A stretch of 64,000 bases of DNA, taken from the sequence record KT919973.1; one strand, given 5' to 3'. Positions 17,799 to 28,733 of this stretch are shown here, in pieces; position 1 is the first letter of the stretch; the number at the start of each line of letters is the position of its first letter. Both the position numbers and the translations under genes were made by a program. The notes under the pieces are model-generated. The model ran no database searches, was not told the DNA's origin, and saw nothing but the letters and a program-made list of their open reading frames with translations.

Positions 17799-20700
17799 TT
17801 ATAAACGAAGCAACTTCTTCCACCATGGGCGTTTAAGTTCTTGTACTTCGTTCTGAAGTGAATCGACTTTCTCATTAAGCTCTTTAATAGCTTCAATCAA
17901 AAGACCGTTCATATTACCATACGCCACTGATAGAATATGATCTTCGTCACTTTCCATCACAGCTTCTGGTAGCACTTTTTGCACTTCTTGCGCGATTACA
18001 CCAGTTTCACGAGTAAACTCATCTGAGTCTAATGATGTGCGCTTATCATATGTATACCCGCTTAATTCACCTACTTTATTGAGTGCATTGTCAATAACCT
18101 TGACATTCTCTTTCAAACGTGCATCTGAGTAAGCTGTAACGTTACCTGTTGCAACTACACTACCACCATTTATCTCAACATACTTACTTCTACGGTTAGT
18201 GTAGAAACGCATACGACCTTCAGAATTTGATAGAATCTGAATACCCGAGCGAATATTACTACCGTTGTAATAAGAAGCAAATGCCCAGTGAGCACCCACA
18301 GTATCTGGGTTGTTTACGCTAAATGCAGCAGTTCCGTTACCTGCCCACGTCGAATCGTAAAAGTTAGATGCAACTCTAGCTGATTTATATGAACCAGACC
18401 AAGAACCTGAAGTGATTTGACCGTCTGTGCGTAGCAATGAATTACCACAATAAATTCCAGAAGTAAATGCACTTTCGTCATTTATTCTCAGCCACTGAGC
18501 ATCATAAGCTCTAATCGCATGTTTACCATTGAACTTAATACGACCACCTAACGCAATATCCACAGCCTTGGAAAGTAGCTCATTTCCGATATGTACACTT
18601 GCAGAACCGCGATATACACGTAATGCAATAGTGTCAACATCTGACTGACGAGTACCTAAACGAAACTCGTTTGCCCCGCCTTCATATTGAATATAAGCGC
18701 CATGATGCCCAGCATCTTCAGTCATACGAAAGATCGAATTAACGTTAGCGTCGGTGTCTAATGTCAATTCAGCATTACTCGTACCCGTGTAGATGTTATA
18801 CTTACCACCATCTAGCTTGAAATTCGTCGCAGCCCACGATGTGTATCGTCCTGATCTATCGAAGTATGCGAGCATATTAGCATTAGTTGGAGCTCCCAAC
18901 GGGTTTGAGATTCCCGCAGGGAACACAGAACCACCGAACGAGTAATCTGACGTATACACTTGAGCACGAGAGTTACTACGCAAATTTATACTCTGACCAC
19001 CACGAACGTAGATAACAACACCCGTGAATCCCTGAGTCCCTTCCCATAATGAATGTATGTTTGTTTCTGAATCAACATACTTCTGCATAATCAAGTCATA
19101 ATATGCATTGTGGTCTGACCAACCACCACCACGAGCAACACCAGTTAAAGTGTTGTTGTTATATGGTGAGCTGCCTTGTCCTGAACCAACAGACAGTGTG
19201 AATTCACACGTATAACCAGCAGTATTGTTTGCATCAAATACGACTGGATAGAACTTAGTAGCATCTAAACCAGCTAGGCTGATTACGTTATTGACTACAT
19301 CATTCGCAGTTGGTTTATTCGATTCATGGTAAATACTGCGTCTTGTAGAATCGTCCGGGGTACGAACATAAAGCGAATCAGCACCCGAGCCGTCCATCCC
19401 AATGTAACCATATTTACCAACATCTGTTTGGTCAAACACCAAGAACGGGTCAGTACCTTCAACTGTCAGACTCGTTGCACCAGAACCTTCTCTGCGAACA
19501 ACTGCTCCCGCGCTACCAACTTCGAACAATCGATTCGATGCTGTGGATAAGTCTGCATTTGTACCAATACCAAACCCGGCCCCGTTAGTGAACGAACCTG
19601 CATACCACGCCTCACCTAGTGCATTTCCGTCAGTACTCTTTCCTTGGAATCGAATATTAACGTTCGGGACTGAAGACTCTTCAACTCGATGTACAGAAAG
19701 CGGCGTCGATGATGATGCATTCAATGACATTACACCAGACGTGTTGAGCGATGCTGCAAAATCACTCGACGCGTTTGAATTAACACCAAGCGGACAGAAA
19801 TACATAGCACTTGCACCACTACCACCCAAGCGAGTAGTACCGCCACTGAACATTAACAATCCTTGTTCAGTGTTTGCATCATTTAACAATGTACTTGTAT
19901 GAATTTGATCAGTAAACACTGTACGATCTGAGTACATTGATATTATGTTTTCAGCCGTAGTTCCATCAGATCCGTTTAGTCTGAATTGTAACGATCCATC
20001 AACGCGATTCCAGTAAATGTTACCACGAGTTTCCCCTGTATCATTGTTCAACAGAATAGACGGGTTAGATTCGCCAACGCGATTGATGTTCAATACGTTG
20101 TCGATATGGTCAACCGATGCGTTTAGAGTAACATTCGAACTACCATCAATAGACACCGAACCGCTCAATTCATTACCAAGAGATAATGAACGTGCAGTTG
20201 TCCATTTGTCTGCATATGGGTGATAATCTGTGTGGTACATGTACACCCAGTCTTCCCATTCTCCACCATAACGAGTACGCATCGCCATTGTACCGACATG
20301 TCCAACTAGACCGTAAGGGTATGCAACTTGAGTAGTATTCGAAGTTGAACCATATGTCATGTTCTGAACATACCAGTAGCCAGTAAAGCCGCTTGGTCTA
20401 TTTGTACCTTGTGATAACTTGTAGTAGAATCCAGCTTGTGTCAACGTATCCCAATCAACTGTAGTGTCAACGCCTGCAACTGTTCGACCAGTTGCTAAGT
20501 AATTCGGCTGAGCTACGTGTATACCAACTTCAGCAAACGTCGGGTAGTTTGATAGTGACGGAACAGATGCATTCAACGTGACGTTTGAAGTCCCATCAAT
20601 TGAAACCGAACCTGTTAAATCACCGCCTAGTGTGATTGTACGAGCAGTAGTCCACTTATCAGCATTTGGGTGATATGCATCGTGGAACACACGTTGGTTT

Positions 20701-21812
20701 ACTTTGGCGAAAATTTCACCTTGTACTTCAAGACCCGCCACCGATGGCGTTGAACCATTATCACGAATGATCAACGCTTGACCGTTACCACCATCAGTAT
20801 TGATATCAACGTCACTAATTTCATGAATCAATTCAAGATTCTGATTCGCACCTGTAATCCAGTTAATACCTGAGTTTTCGGTTGCATATAGAGTCTCGTT
20901 AAAGCTTAAACGCGCACCTGCTTTGCTGATCGCAACGTTTCCAGTGAATGTATCGCCTGTAACATTTGCAAATCGTGCATCGGATTCTGCTTCAGTGTAG
21001 TATCTACCGTCATGCGTGTGTGAATCGTTCGCTACAGTCGCTGTAACAGTCACAGTCGCGTTAGCCGACCCATCAATAGTCATAGACGCAGAACCGCTTA
21101 CATCGCCCGTTAGAGTCGTTGTAAGAGTGCGTGCAGATGTCCATTTGTCTGCATTTGGGTGATATGCTTCAGTGAAGACGTTATTACCTTCATACGTGAA
21201 CGCAGAGCCGTTTACACTCAGAGTTGAACCATTGTTGCCGATTTGCAACGTTCCGTCTGTACGTAATAGAGAGCTTCCGTAATAAACCCCAGACGTAAAC
21301 TCATTCTGATCATTGATTCTCAACCAATCATCAAACCCACGCAATGCTGTTTTCATGTTGATATCAATACTATCAACAGAAAAGTCGGCAGCAGTAGCAT
21401 CAATTCTGAAGCGAGTAGTGACTACATCATTTTCTCGAATACTGAAACTATCAGTCGAGTTCATAATATACCAGTTTTTCGAGTTGTCGTTGTCGCGCAA
21501 CAACAGACGTGGCGATGCCCCGTTGATCTCAATTTCGTTTGCCGTGTTTGTCAATTTACCTGACATTGTATCGCCGGTTTTCTTCACGTAGCCGCCAGCA
21601 GCAATCGGAGCAAAACGACCATCAGATTCAGCTTTCGTGAATGCAGAAGTCGTCCCACCGTTACCTAATTCGCCTGGTAGTGGTGTATCATGTTCTGTAT
21701 AAATTTTGTGGCCTTGGTAGCGAATTGTCTCGCCTTGCGGGTCAAAGCGAAGATTCCCTCCGTGCCAAACTATGTTACCACCAATTGCGGTAGTTGATCT
21801 TAGTTCTGCCAT
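17799..21812 (-). CDS. long tail fibre / receptor-binding protein with C-terminal S74 chaperone
   Basis: YHPNADKW and SHTHDGRYYTE fibre repeats; SDARLKEN...GYTY...GVIAQEV intramolecular chaperone. Confidence 0.9.
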   Translation of the reverse strand: MAELRSTTAIGGNIVWHGGNLRFDPQGETIRYQGHKIYTEHDTPLPGELGNGGTTSAFTKAESDGRFAPIAAGGYVKKTGDTMSGKLTNTANEIEINGASPRLLLRDNDNSKNWYIMNSTDSFSIRENDVVTTRFRIDATAADFSVDSIDINMKTALRGFDDWLRINDQNEFTSGVYYGSSLLRTDGTLQIGNNGSTLSVNGSAFTYEGNNVFTEAYHPNADKWTSARTLTTTLTGDVSGSASMTIDGSANATVTVTATVANDSHTHDGRYYTEAESDARFANVTGDTFTGNVAISKAGARLSFNETLYATENSGINWITGANQNLELIHEISDVDINTDGGNGQALIIRDNGSTPSVAGLEVQGEIFAKVNQRVFHDAYHPNADKWTTARTITLGGDLTGSVSIDGTSNVTLNASVPSLSNYPTFAEVGIHVAQPNYLATGRTVAGVDTTVDWDTLTQAGFYYKLSQGTNRPSGFTGYWYVQNMTYGSTSNTTQVAYPYGLVGHVGTMAMRTRYGGEWEDWVYMYHTDYHPYADKWTTARSLSLGNELSGSVSIDGSSNVTLNASVDHIDNVLNINRVGESNPSILLNNDTGETRGNIYWNRVDGSLQFRLNGSDGTTAENIISMYSDRTVFTDQIHTSTLLNDANTEQGLLMFSGGTTRLGGSGASAMYFCPLGVNSNASSDFAASLNTSGVMSLNASSSTPLSVHRVEESSVPNVNIRFQGKSTDGNALGEAWYAGSFTNGAGFGIGTNADLSTASNRLFEVGSAGAVVRREGSGATSLTVEGTDPFLVFDQTDVGKYGYIGMDGSGADSLYVRTPDDSTRRSIYHESNKPTANDVVNNVISLAGLDATKFYPVVFDANNTAGYTCEFTLSVGSGQGSSPYNNNTLTGVARGGGWSDHNAYYDLIMQKYVDSETNIHSLWEGTQGFTGVVIYVRGGQSINLRSNSRAQVYTSDYSFGGSVFPAGISNPLGAPTNANMLAYFDRSGRYTSWAATNFKLDGGKYNIYTGTSNAELTLDTDANVNSIFRMTEDAGHHGAYIQYEGGANEFRLGTRQSDVDTIALRVYRGSASVHIGNELLSKAVDIALGGRIKFNGKHAIRAYDAQWLRINDESAFTSGIYCGNSLLRTDGQITSGSWSGSYKSARVASNFYDSTWAGNGTAAFSVNNPDTVGAHWAFASYYNGSNIRSGIQILSNSEGRMRFYTNRRSKYVEINGGSVVATGNVTAYSDARLKENVKVIDNALNKVGELSGYTYDKRTSLDSDEFTRETGVIAQEVQKVLPEAVMESDEDHILSVAYGNMNGLLIEAIKELNEKVDSLQNEVQELKRPWWKKLLRL

Positions 21813-23488
21813 GTTATTCTCTCATTGAGTATGTTTTATCATTTATTTATCATGTATAAAAAAAGCTCCCGAAGGAGCCCTTTTTAGTTAAGTAGTTTTT
21901 CTAGTTTTTCTAGACGTTTTTCAAGTTCTTCGCGTTTTCGTTTCTCTTCTTTAATACCTTCAATCAACAACCCAACCATGTTTCCGTATGAAACAGAATA
22001 CATGTTGTTTTGCTCAACAACTGCTTCTGGCAGAACTTCAATAACTTCTTGAGCAATCACACCAGTTTGACGAGGCCCGTCAATATCAGTACGCTCATAC
22101 GTATAACCATTCAGACTGTCAATTTTTTCAAGAGGGTTTAGAATGCGCTTGATATCAGTTTTTATTCTTATATCAGAATACGCAGTGATATTACCCGGCG
22201 CGGTAAAATCACCACCCGTAGATAATGTAAACGTCTTGCGACTGCCCCACGACTGAGCGTTAGTATACATGTAAAGCGTACTATCAGAGCCCAAGTGTAA
22301 GTTTTCACTCGTATTGCCAGCCGTAACAGCATTTGCCGCAGTCGTCTCACCCGATGCAATTACGGTGTTACCACCTGACGTTAAAATCAAGTTCGTGCCG
22401 TTCACACCACCATCTAATGCTTTAATCGACGCTCCAGCGTGTGAACCTGCTTTTAGTTTCAATTCACCTGTCATCGTATCGCCAGATTTATACACATATC
22501 TTGAGTTTGATTCTGATTCTGTGTAATAACGACCGTCATGCGTATGAGAATCGTTTTTAACCGCGACGCTTAACGTCACATTCGAACTACCGTTAATTGA
22601 AACCGAACCAGTTGCATCACCACTCAACGACAGCGTACGAGATGTAGTCCAACGATCTGCATTTGGGTGATAGTTATCTGCAAATACGCGATTCCCTTGC
22701 AGACGCATGATCGCAGTTCCGCTAACTCTGTCAAAGTTCACGCTACTAGACGATGTACTGACATTAATGTAATCAGACCCATCATACCAAGCATGTCGAA
22801 AGTTGCTAGTCGCACCCGTGTCAGTTCGACCATACCAATGCAATCTAGAGTAATTAGTATCATCGCTTCTAGCATCAGCCCGCTGTATAGCAGGAGTTGT
22901 ACCTACCCTCATCATTAATGCAGAGTTTATATAAACGTCGCCAGTGAACGTATCGCCTGATACATTTGCAAATCGCGCATCAGATTCATCTTCAGTATAA
23001 TATCTACCGTCATGCGTGTGTGAATCGTTGGCAACTGAAGCTGATAACGTGACATTAGAACTACCATCAATAGATACTGATCCACTCAAATCACCACTCA
23101 ATGTCAATGTTCGTGCATTAGTCCATTTGTCTGCATTTGGGTGATAGGCATCATTAAAAAGTTTATATGCACCCCCACCACCAATCCACTCAGGGTTGGT
23201 GCTTGTTGCTAATTGTAACCCTGCACGCCCAGTCGAGCCTAGATACGCAGAAGCCCCATTAACTTGTAGTAACGGTTTGCCATCTGAGCCGCCAATTGAC
23301 CCACTTAGAATATTATCGTTATACGGTTGTGTTTTACTAATATATTGAGTTTCGTGAGTATGTGAGTCGTCTGCTACTGTGACGTTTAATGTAACATCTG
23401 AGCTACCATCCCATGAGACGCTACCACTCGCGTCGCCGCTTAAATTCAACGTACGAGCGGTAGTCCATTTGTCTGCATTTGGGTGATA
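20208..23488. repeat. dispersed DNA repeats in tail-fibre genes
   Basis: GTCCATTTGTCTGCATTTGGGTGATA-like copies near 20208, 20650, 21140, 22650, 23122 and 23463; TATCTACCGTCATGCGTGTGTGAATCGTT identical at 21001 and 23001. Confidence 0.85.
21858..21878 (-). terminator. intrinsic terminator (UUCG loop)
   Basis: GCTCC TTCG GGAGC T7 on minus strand. Confidence 0.85.
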
Positions 23489-23614
23489 GGCATCATGAAA
23501 CACCTTTTGCATGTTCTGGGCAAAAAGTTCAGTATCAACAACTAGACTCCCAACCTTAGCGGTTGACGATACATTCAATGTACCGAAAACGTTAGTAGGA
23601 CCTAATTTTGCCAT
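21884..23614 (-). CDS. tail fibre protein with C-terminal S74 chaperone
   Basis: same fibre repeats; SDIRIKTDI...GVIAQEV; CATAAATA late promoter at 23642-23649 (-). Confidence 0.88.
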   Translation of the reverse strand: MAKLGPTNVFGTLNVSSTAKVGSLVVDTELFAQNMQKVFHDAYHPNADKWTTARTLNLSGDASGSVSWDGSSDVTLNVTVADDSHTHETQYISKTQPYNDNILSGSIGGSDGKPLLQVNGASAYLGSTGRAGLQLATSTNPEWIGGGGAYKLFNDAYHPNADKWTNARTLTLSGDLSGSVSIDGSSNVTLSASVANDSHTHDGRYYTEDESDARFANVSGDTFTGDVYINSALMMRVGTTPAIQRADARSDDTNYSRLHWYGRTDTGATSNFRHAWYDGSDYINVSTSSSSVNFDRVSGTAIMRLQGNRVFADNYHPNADRWTTSRTLSLSGDATGSVSINGSSNVTLSVAVKNDSHTHDGRYYTESESNSRYVYKSGDTMTGELKLKAGSHAGASIKALDGGVNGTNLILTSGGNTVIASGETTAANAVTAGNTSENLHLGSDSTLYMYTNAQSWGSRKTFTLSTGGDFTAPGNITAYSDIRIKTDIKRILNPLEKIDSLNGYTYERTDIDGPRQTGVIAQEVIEVLPEAVVEQNNMYSVSYGNMVGLLIEGIKEEKRKREELEKRLEKLEKLLN

Positions 23615-23644
23615 TTCATATTCCTATTAGTTGTTTTATAATAT

Positions 23645-26600
23645 TTATGATTCACTCAGTTCTACCACAGACACTGCACCATTTTTATTGAAACTAGCCG
23701 ACTCAAGAAACAGCTTGTGTTCGCGCTCAATTTCAATATTACTTAATGCCTTTGTATGCAATTTACCTTTATGAGTCACGCCATTAAATCGAAAATCTTC
23801 GCTCGTTGATGAACTATACCCGAATGAAATATCATGGTCAGATTTAAATTCTATGAAATCATCATCTAGTGTCGCAGTATCTAGTAATGAACCATTCACA
23901 TACAATCTAAACTCTTTAGCCTTTTTAACTAGAGATATGACAGTCATTTCGTTCACTGTATGCGGGATACCTGCAAGCGTATACCATCGATCACCCGATG
24001 TTTCTGATACTGAAATGCGAGCGTCATATCTACCGTTATTTGCAACGATACCAGTATGAAAACCCCTACTCGCCATGATTAACGCTTCGGTATCTTGAGT
24101 CTCAGATAGTGCAGTACACAGAACAGTCATCGTAAACTCACTCGTATCCCAATCTGCATCACTAAAGGTAACATCTAGTGAATTTTCAATCAGTACACCG
24201 CCATTAGCAGCTAATGTACCGTCAGTGTATAACCCACCTTTATCAATCAACGGGTTATTGAATTGAGTGATTGACGTTCTTGACATCGATTTGTCTGTAA
24301 ACGGCTCAACGTCAGTAAAATCAAGATATGCATATAGTGAATCGGTATTACCGACTTCATCAAACACACCTGCATACGTTGTACCATCTTTATTGACATT
24401 TGGTTTATTGAAACTACCGCGCAAGAAAGATGTACGAGTGTAGTTAATACGATCACCTCGTTCGTTGTATCGACGACCTTCCTTTTCTTCGAGTAGTTTC
24501 TGACCATTCTTGAAAGCAATCAATGACCATGTACCACGTGTAATGATTTCACTTGGTGCATAATCTGCACTGAAGTACGTTTTGAAGTACTCATCTAGCG
24601 TACCATCTTGCGCTGAAGATGCATCACACCGTGCAATACTCAATAACCACCCATCTTCCATTTTATCAATTGCGTGTTTGACCCAATTATGCGCGTCTTG
24701 TGCGTCTGTTACATCATCACCGTTTGATACATAAACCTCACCGTCAAATTCATAATACTGAGATACAACAGTACCAGCATAAGTGTCGAGATTACCAAAC
24801 CCACGCAGATTCATACCATGATCAAAGATACAGAAATTTAACCCGCGTCTTGATAACATGGCTCCTTGTTTAACACCATCAATGAACGTGGCTGTACCGT
24901 CATCAAATGACTCAGAACTCGAACGGATTTGAATCTCAGTTTCAGCAGAATCATCCCAACCCTCGACTAAACGCGAGCTATTAAGCTGACCTTTATTGTC
25001 GATGCTTGTTTTGATGTTCATTAACTCTTGAATTTCGGATTGTTCAAGTGCTTTCGCGTAAATCTTATAATCAGCAACGCCACCGTAATAAGCATCACCC
25101 GTGGTGTTTCGTGAAACTCCCGTATTGAGAACTTTAAGATACCCAACACCTAAACCAATGTCACGAGGCGTTCCGCTATGAGTTTTAGTCACAACGCCAT
25201 TTACGTACCATTTAGTGATACCAGTTTCACCATCGAACACTAGAGCACAATGACTCCATTCATTAACAGACCCAGGAAATCCAGCAGCACCGCCAGATGC
25301 AACACGCTCACCCGCAACACCTGCATAGTTCGAATCACGCCAACCATAGCCGATTTCAAACCCACTAGCTGTATCCCAACCATCGCCACATGACACTAGA
25401 ACTGAATCTCGTGCGCGTTGATTGCGTTTATTGATCCATGCCATCCACGTGAAGCTATCTTCTGGCGGAACGTACCCATCAACAACCCAAGCACCCGGTG
25501 AGCCTTGAGTCATATCGTAACCACTAGCATTATACCAAATAGCATCACTACCAGGTGCCCAATATACAGTGTGACCTACGGGAGATGGTTTGATATCTCT
25601 TTCATCAAAAACGTTATAAACTACTGGTTGTTTCGTGTTATTAATCGACATATGAGAGTAATAAACCGAATTGTAGTTTCTAGCTGCGACATCACCGTTA
25701 ATCAGATATTCAGCATCATGTTTGAACCCAGATGCATCATGTAGATCATACTGAGCAGGGTTGATGAAACGACCGGTAGTATCTGATACTTTGTAATCAT
25801 TTGCACGGTCAGTCATCAATTCAAGCTGAACATTCTTGAAGTATTTTGGTCCCGTCGGCCCGTAATGCCCGTAAAAGTAAATAGTCGCGCTTGAATTTGA
25901 TTCCCAGTCCCATTGAGCGTCGATTTCGAATTCAACTTGAATTCGTTCCCATGCGTTTGAGCGAGTTGGTCTTACGTACATACGCTTCGCAAACGAACGA
26001 TTGCCACCAATCACTGGTCTATATAACCCGATATCCCAATACGGAATACCGCTGCCAACATCTTCAGTATAAACGTCAAGTGATAAAATCATCTTACGAC
26101 CGATACGACGATCATCAGGCGAACCATTTGGGTCAGTTTCTAAACCAGGGTCTAGTAATTCATTATTAAGGGTCGTGTGTGTTAACCCAAGCCAACCACC
26201 ATCAATGTTATTCGCATACCCGACAGTTTCACCTTGAAACTCTTTAAAGTGTGCATGAATACGATTATTGTCGGGGTCTGAGCCACCGTTCCAACCACTA
26301 GACCAACCCGGTACGATTAGCGCGTCTTCATGCAAGTCGGGATTCCATCCGATGTTTGTATGCACTAACGGGTCAAACGGAACTGCACCTAACAATGAGC
26401 TATTCACAATACGGTTTTCAAATCCCGGTTCTAGATCGTCAAATGTATAATGCACCTGAAGACCACGTGCAAGTTCTTTGATTTCAGCAGTCGAAAGCGC
26501 GTGGTCATACACTCGAACATCATTCAGCTTACACGTCGGTCGATAATTACTCGCACCTAGGTATGTAGTAGACCATGCGAATAGAGCAATGTAATCTTCT

Positions 26601-27103
26601 TGATATGCCATGTCATACGAGAAAGTTCTCTCAACTACGCCATCAACCCATAGTGTCACAACACCATCAGTATATCTCATAACACAGTGATGCCATTTCA
26701 AGTGCATATTGGTTGTGCCGTAGTACGTGTGATATGTTCGTGACGTACCATTACCTGTATTACAACTCAATAAAGCAGAAGTGACACTATCACATTTAAG
26801 CGTCAACCCAGGTCCCGTATCATCTGAGTGACTATGCAGAGTAACTATACCATTCGCAGTTGAAAGATGATAATTCCCCATTGGTCTGATCCACGCTGCC
26901 AACGTGAAATCTTTGTTTAAATTAACCTTGCGCTCACTTCGTAGATGGTCAGTAGTATTGTAAACTGTGCGCTCTTGACACATACCCAATTTACCTTGAC
27001 TATCTACGATTGCACCGCTATCGTTATAAAGACTCAAGTGGTTTTCATTACCACTCCAGTCTTTAAGATCTTTATGTAAAGGGTACCATGCAATTAATGA
27101 CAT
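23645..27103 (-). CDS. tail-fibre-associated protein with LamG/ConA-like domains
   Basis: LIAWYPL, FTLAAWI, WHH.V......LWVDG, DVRVYDHALS repeats. Confidence 0.82.
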   Translation of the reverse strand: MSLIAWYPLHKDLKDWSGNENHLSLYNDSGAIVDSQGKLGMCQERTVYNTTDHLRSERKVNLNKDFTLAAWIRPMGNYHLSTANGIVTLHSHSDDTGPGLTLKCDSVTSALLSCNTGNGTSRTYHTYYGTTNMHLKWHHCVMRYTDGVVTLWVDGVVERTFSYDMAYQEDYIALFAWSTTYLGASNYRPTCKLNDVRVYDHALSTAEIKELARGLQVHYTFDDLEPGFENRIVNSSLLGAVPFDPLVHTNIGWNPDLHEDALIVPGWSSGWNGGSDPDNNRIHAHFKEFQGETVGYANNIDGGWLGLTHTTLNNELLDPGLETDPNGSPDDRRIGRKMILSLDVYTEDVGSGIPYWDIGLYRPVIGGNRSFAKRMYVRPTRSNAWERIQVEFEIDAQWDWESNSSATIYFYGHYGPTGPKYFKNVQLELMTDRANDYKVSDTTGRFINPAQYDLHDASGFKHDAEYLINGDVAARNYNSVYYSHMSINNTKQPVVYNVFDERDIKPSPVGHTVYWAPGSDAIWYNASGYDMTQGSPGAWVVDGYVPPEDSFTWMAWINKRNQRARDSVLVSCGDGWDTASGFEIGYGWRDSNYAGVAGERVASGGAAGFPGSVNEWSHCALVFDGETGITKWYVNGVVTKTHSGTPRDIGLGVGYLKVLNTGVSRNTTGDAYYGGVADYKIYAKALEQSEIQELMNIKTSIDNKGQLNSSRLVEGWDDSAETEIQIRSSSESFDDGTATFIDGVKQGAMLSRRGLNFCIFDHGMNLRGFGNLDTYAGTVVSQYYEFDGEVYVSNGDDVTDAQDAHNWVKHAIDKMEDGWLLSIARCDASSAQDGTLDEYFKTYFSADYAPSEIITRGTWSLIAFKNGQKLLEEKEGRRYNERGDRINYTRTSFLRGSFNKPNVNKDGTTYAGVFDEVGNTDSLYAYLDFTDVEPFTDKSMSRTSITQFNNPLIDKGGLYTDGTLAANGGVLIENSLDVTFSDADWDTSEFTMTVLCTALSETQDTEALIMASRGFHTGIVANNGRYDARISVSETSGDRWYTLAGIPHTVNEMTVISLVKKAKEFRLYVNGSLLDTATLDDDFIEFKSDHDISFGYSSSTSEDFRFNGVTHKGKLHTKALSNIEIEREHKLFLESASFNKNGAVSVVELSES

Positions 27104-27114
27104 ATAAATTCACC

Positions 27115-28650
27115 TTATGAGAAAATAAAGTCGATTGATTCACTCGTTGAGTTATACACAATCGACGCTGCACCGTCGTCGAATTTCATTTCACTTCGAC
27201 CATCGTGCTGAACTACGCTACCGTTATACGTTATATTGTCTGTATGCGTCGCAGCAGCGTTTGACTTGATTTTTAATATGTTAACACCCGCTTCTAAATT
27301 AACCGCTTCTACAGTGCTACTAGAGTCGGTATCCGCTGAAATAAACACGCTTGCAGGAGTAACAAGTTCAGTGTCACTACTTAACTTTAGATAGCGACTT
27401 GTAGATGAACCGTAGATGAGATTACCATTCATCGTCAAGTTACCCGTCATCGAATCACCTGCGGCGTTTACGTAACGACCGTCTAGATTCGTCGTGAAGT
27501 TTCCAGTGTGCAGTACAACGTTATCGTTGAATTTCAATGCGCTTGCACTGTTCTGAGAACCACCATCAATAGTCAACGAGTTTAACCCTGCAATCAAGTT
27601 CAAATGACGAGTTGTTTCGTTGTCGTTCGCGTCTGCTTCGATAGTAAGATCGCCAATTGATGACATGTGTATGTCAGTACTATTGAAATCTAAGAAATAT
27701 TCATTAGTTCGGCGAATACCAAATCCCACATCAAACAATAAATGCCCAGACATCGTATCACCTGATTTAAGTACACGAGTATTCGCGTTATCATTTGCTG
27801 TCTTAGCAGCAGTCGCAGATGCATATACAGTCGAGCTTGCTGTACTAACCGAGTCGGTGATGTTTCTGTTATTCGGGCTGAATACGCGATTGCCTCGCTC
27901 TCTCAATTCACGTTCAGCGTCTACATACGAATTTGCACCAACGCCAACAGTCAATGCAGTTATCTGACTACTATCTTCGATTTTGAATGCTTTGTCGGTA
28001 CTTTCACTTGAAAGATATAACACCGCCCCAGCACCGACACCGCGAGTCTGAAAGTTCCACGGTCTAGATGAAGGGAAACGAAGTTGTCTCGACCCCTCGT
28101 TAGTCTCAGGCGCAGTCAATGTATTAAAAATACCCGTCATCGAGTCACCCGATACATTCAAGTAGCGACCATCAAGTAAAGACTGATTTCCCGTATGCAG
28201 CATAGTTCGATGCGTTGAACCATCGTAATATTGCATATTACCGAGATGATCAAATGACCAGTATCTACCTTTATTAGATTCAATCATGAACTCGTTGCCG
28301 TCAGTCCCAGCCGATGTACCTCGATACCTCAAGTTCCAAGCATATGACGTATTACCGATTCGAATCCATGCATCGGCACCGCCTAAATTGTCACCCAACC
28401 CGTCGTCGGCACCGCCATCAATCCTCAACACTTCACCTATTGCATTGAGCTTTAGTCTACCTGACATTGAATCACCAGCACGCTTAACAACAGATTCGGT
28501 TAAATCAATATGCGGGTCTGGCTTGTCATGTTCTGTATAAATTTTGTAGCCGTTGTAAAGAACAGTTTCACCTTGTGGGTCAAATCGTAAATTACCTCCG
28601 TGCCAAACTAGTTTACCGCCGATTGCGGTAGTTGATCTTAATTCTGCCAT
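27115..28650 (-). CDS. tail fibre connector/hinge-type protein
   Basis: GDSMTG fibre repeats; N-terminus nearly identical to 17799-21812; CTAAATA late promoter at 28691-28697 (-). Confidence 0.85.
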   Translation of the reverse strand: MAELRSTTAIGGKLVWHGGNLRFDPQGETVLYNGYKIYTEHDKPDPHIDLTESVVKRAGDSMSGRLKLNAIGEVLRIDGGADDGLGDNLGGADAWIRIGNTSYAWNLRYRGTSAGTDGNEFMIESNKGRYWSFDHLGNMQYYDGSTHRTMLHTGNQSLLDGRYLNVSGDSMTGIFNTLTAPETNEGSRQLRFPSSRPWNFQTRGVGAGAVLYLSSESTDKAFKIEDSSQITALTVGVGANSYVDAERELRERGNRVFSPNNRNITDSVSTASSTVYASATAAKTANDNANTRVLKSGDTMSGHLLFDVGFGIRRTNEYFLDFNSTDIHMSSIGDLTIEADANDNETTRHLNLIAGLNSLTIDGGSQNSASALKFNDNVVLHTGNFTTNLDGRYVNAAGDSMTGNLTMNGNLIYGSSTSRYLKLSSDTELVTPASVFISADTDSSSTVEAVNLEAGVNILKIKSNAAATHTDNITYNGSVVQHDGRSEMKFDDGAASIVYNSTSESIDFIFS

Positions 28651-28706
28651 TAGCGTTATTCCATGTATGTGAAATTAGAATATATGACAGTATTTAGTAT
28701 AGCCGT

Positions 28707-28733
28707 AAAAAAGGGCGCTATTTGCGCCCTTTT
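28707..28733 (-). terminator. intrinsic terminator
   Basis: GGGCGC AAATA GCGCCC T6 (minus). Confidence 0.85.

Noticed and set aside
17799-23614. Diversity-generating retroelement in tail fibres
   Set aside because: Repeats are in-frame fibre motifs with no adenine-specific differences evident, and there is no reverse transcriptase in the window.
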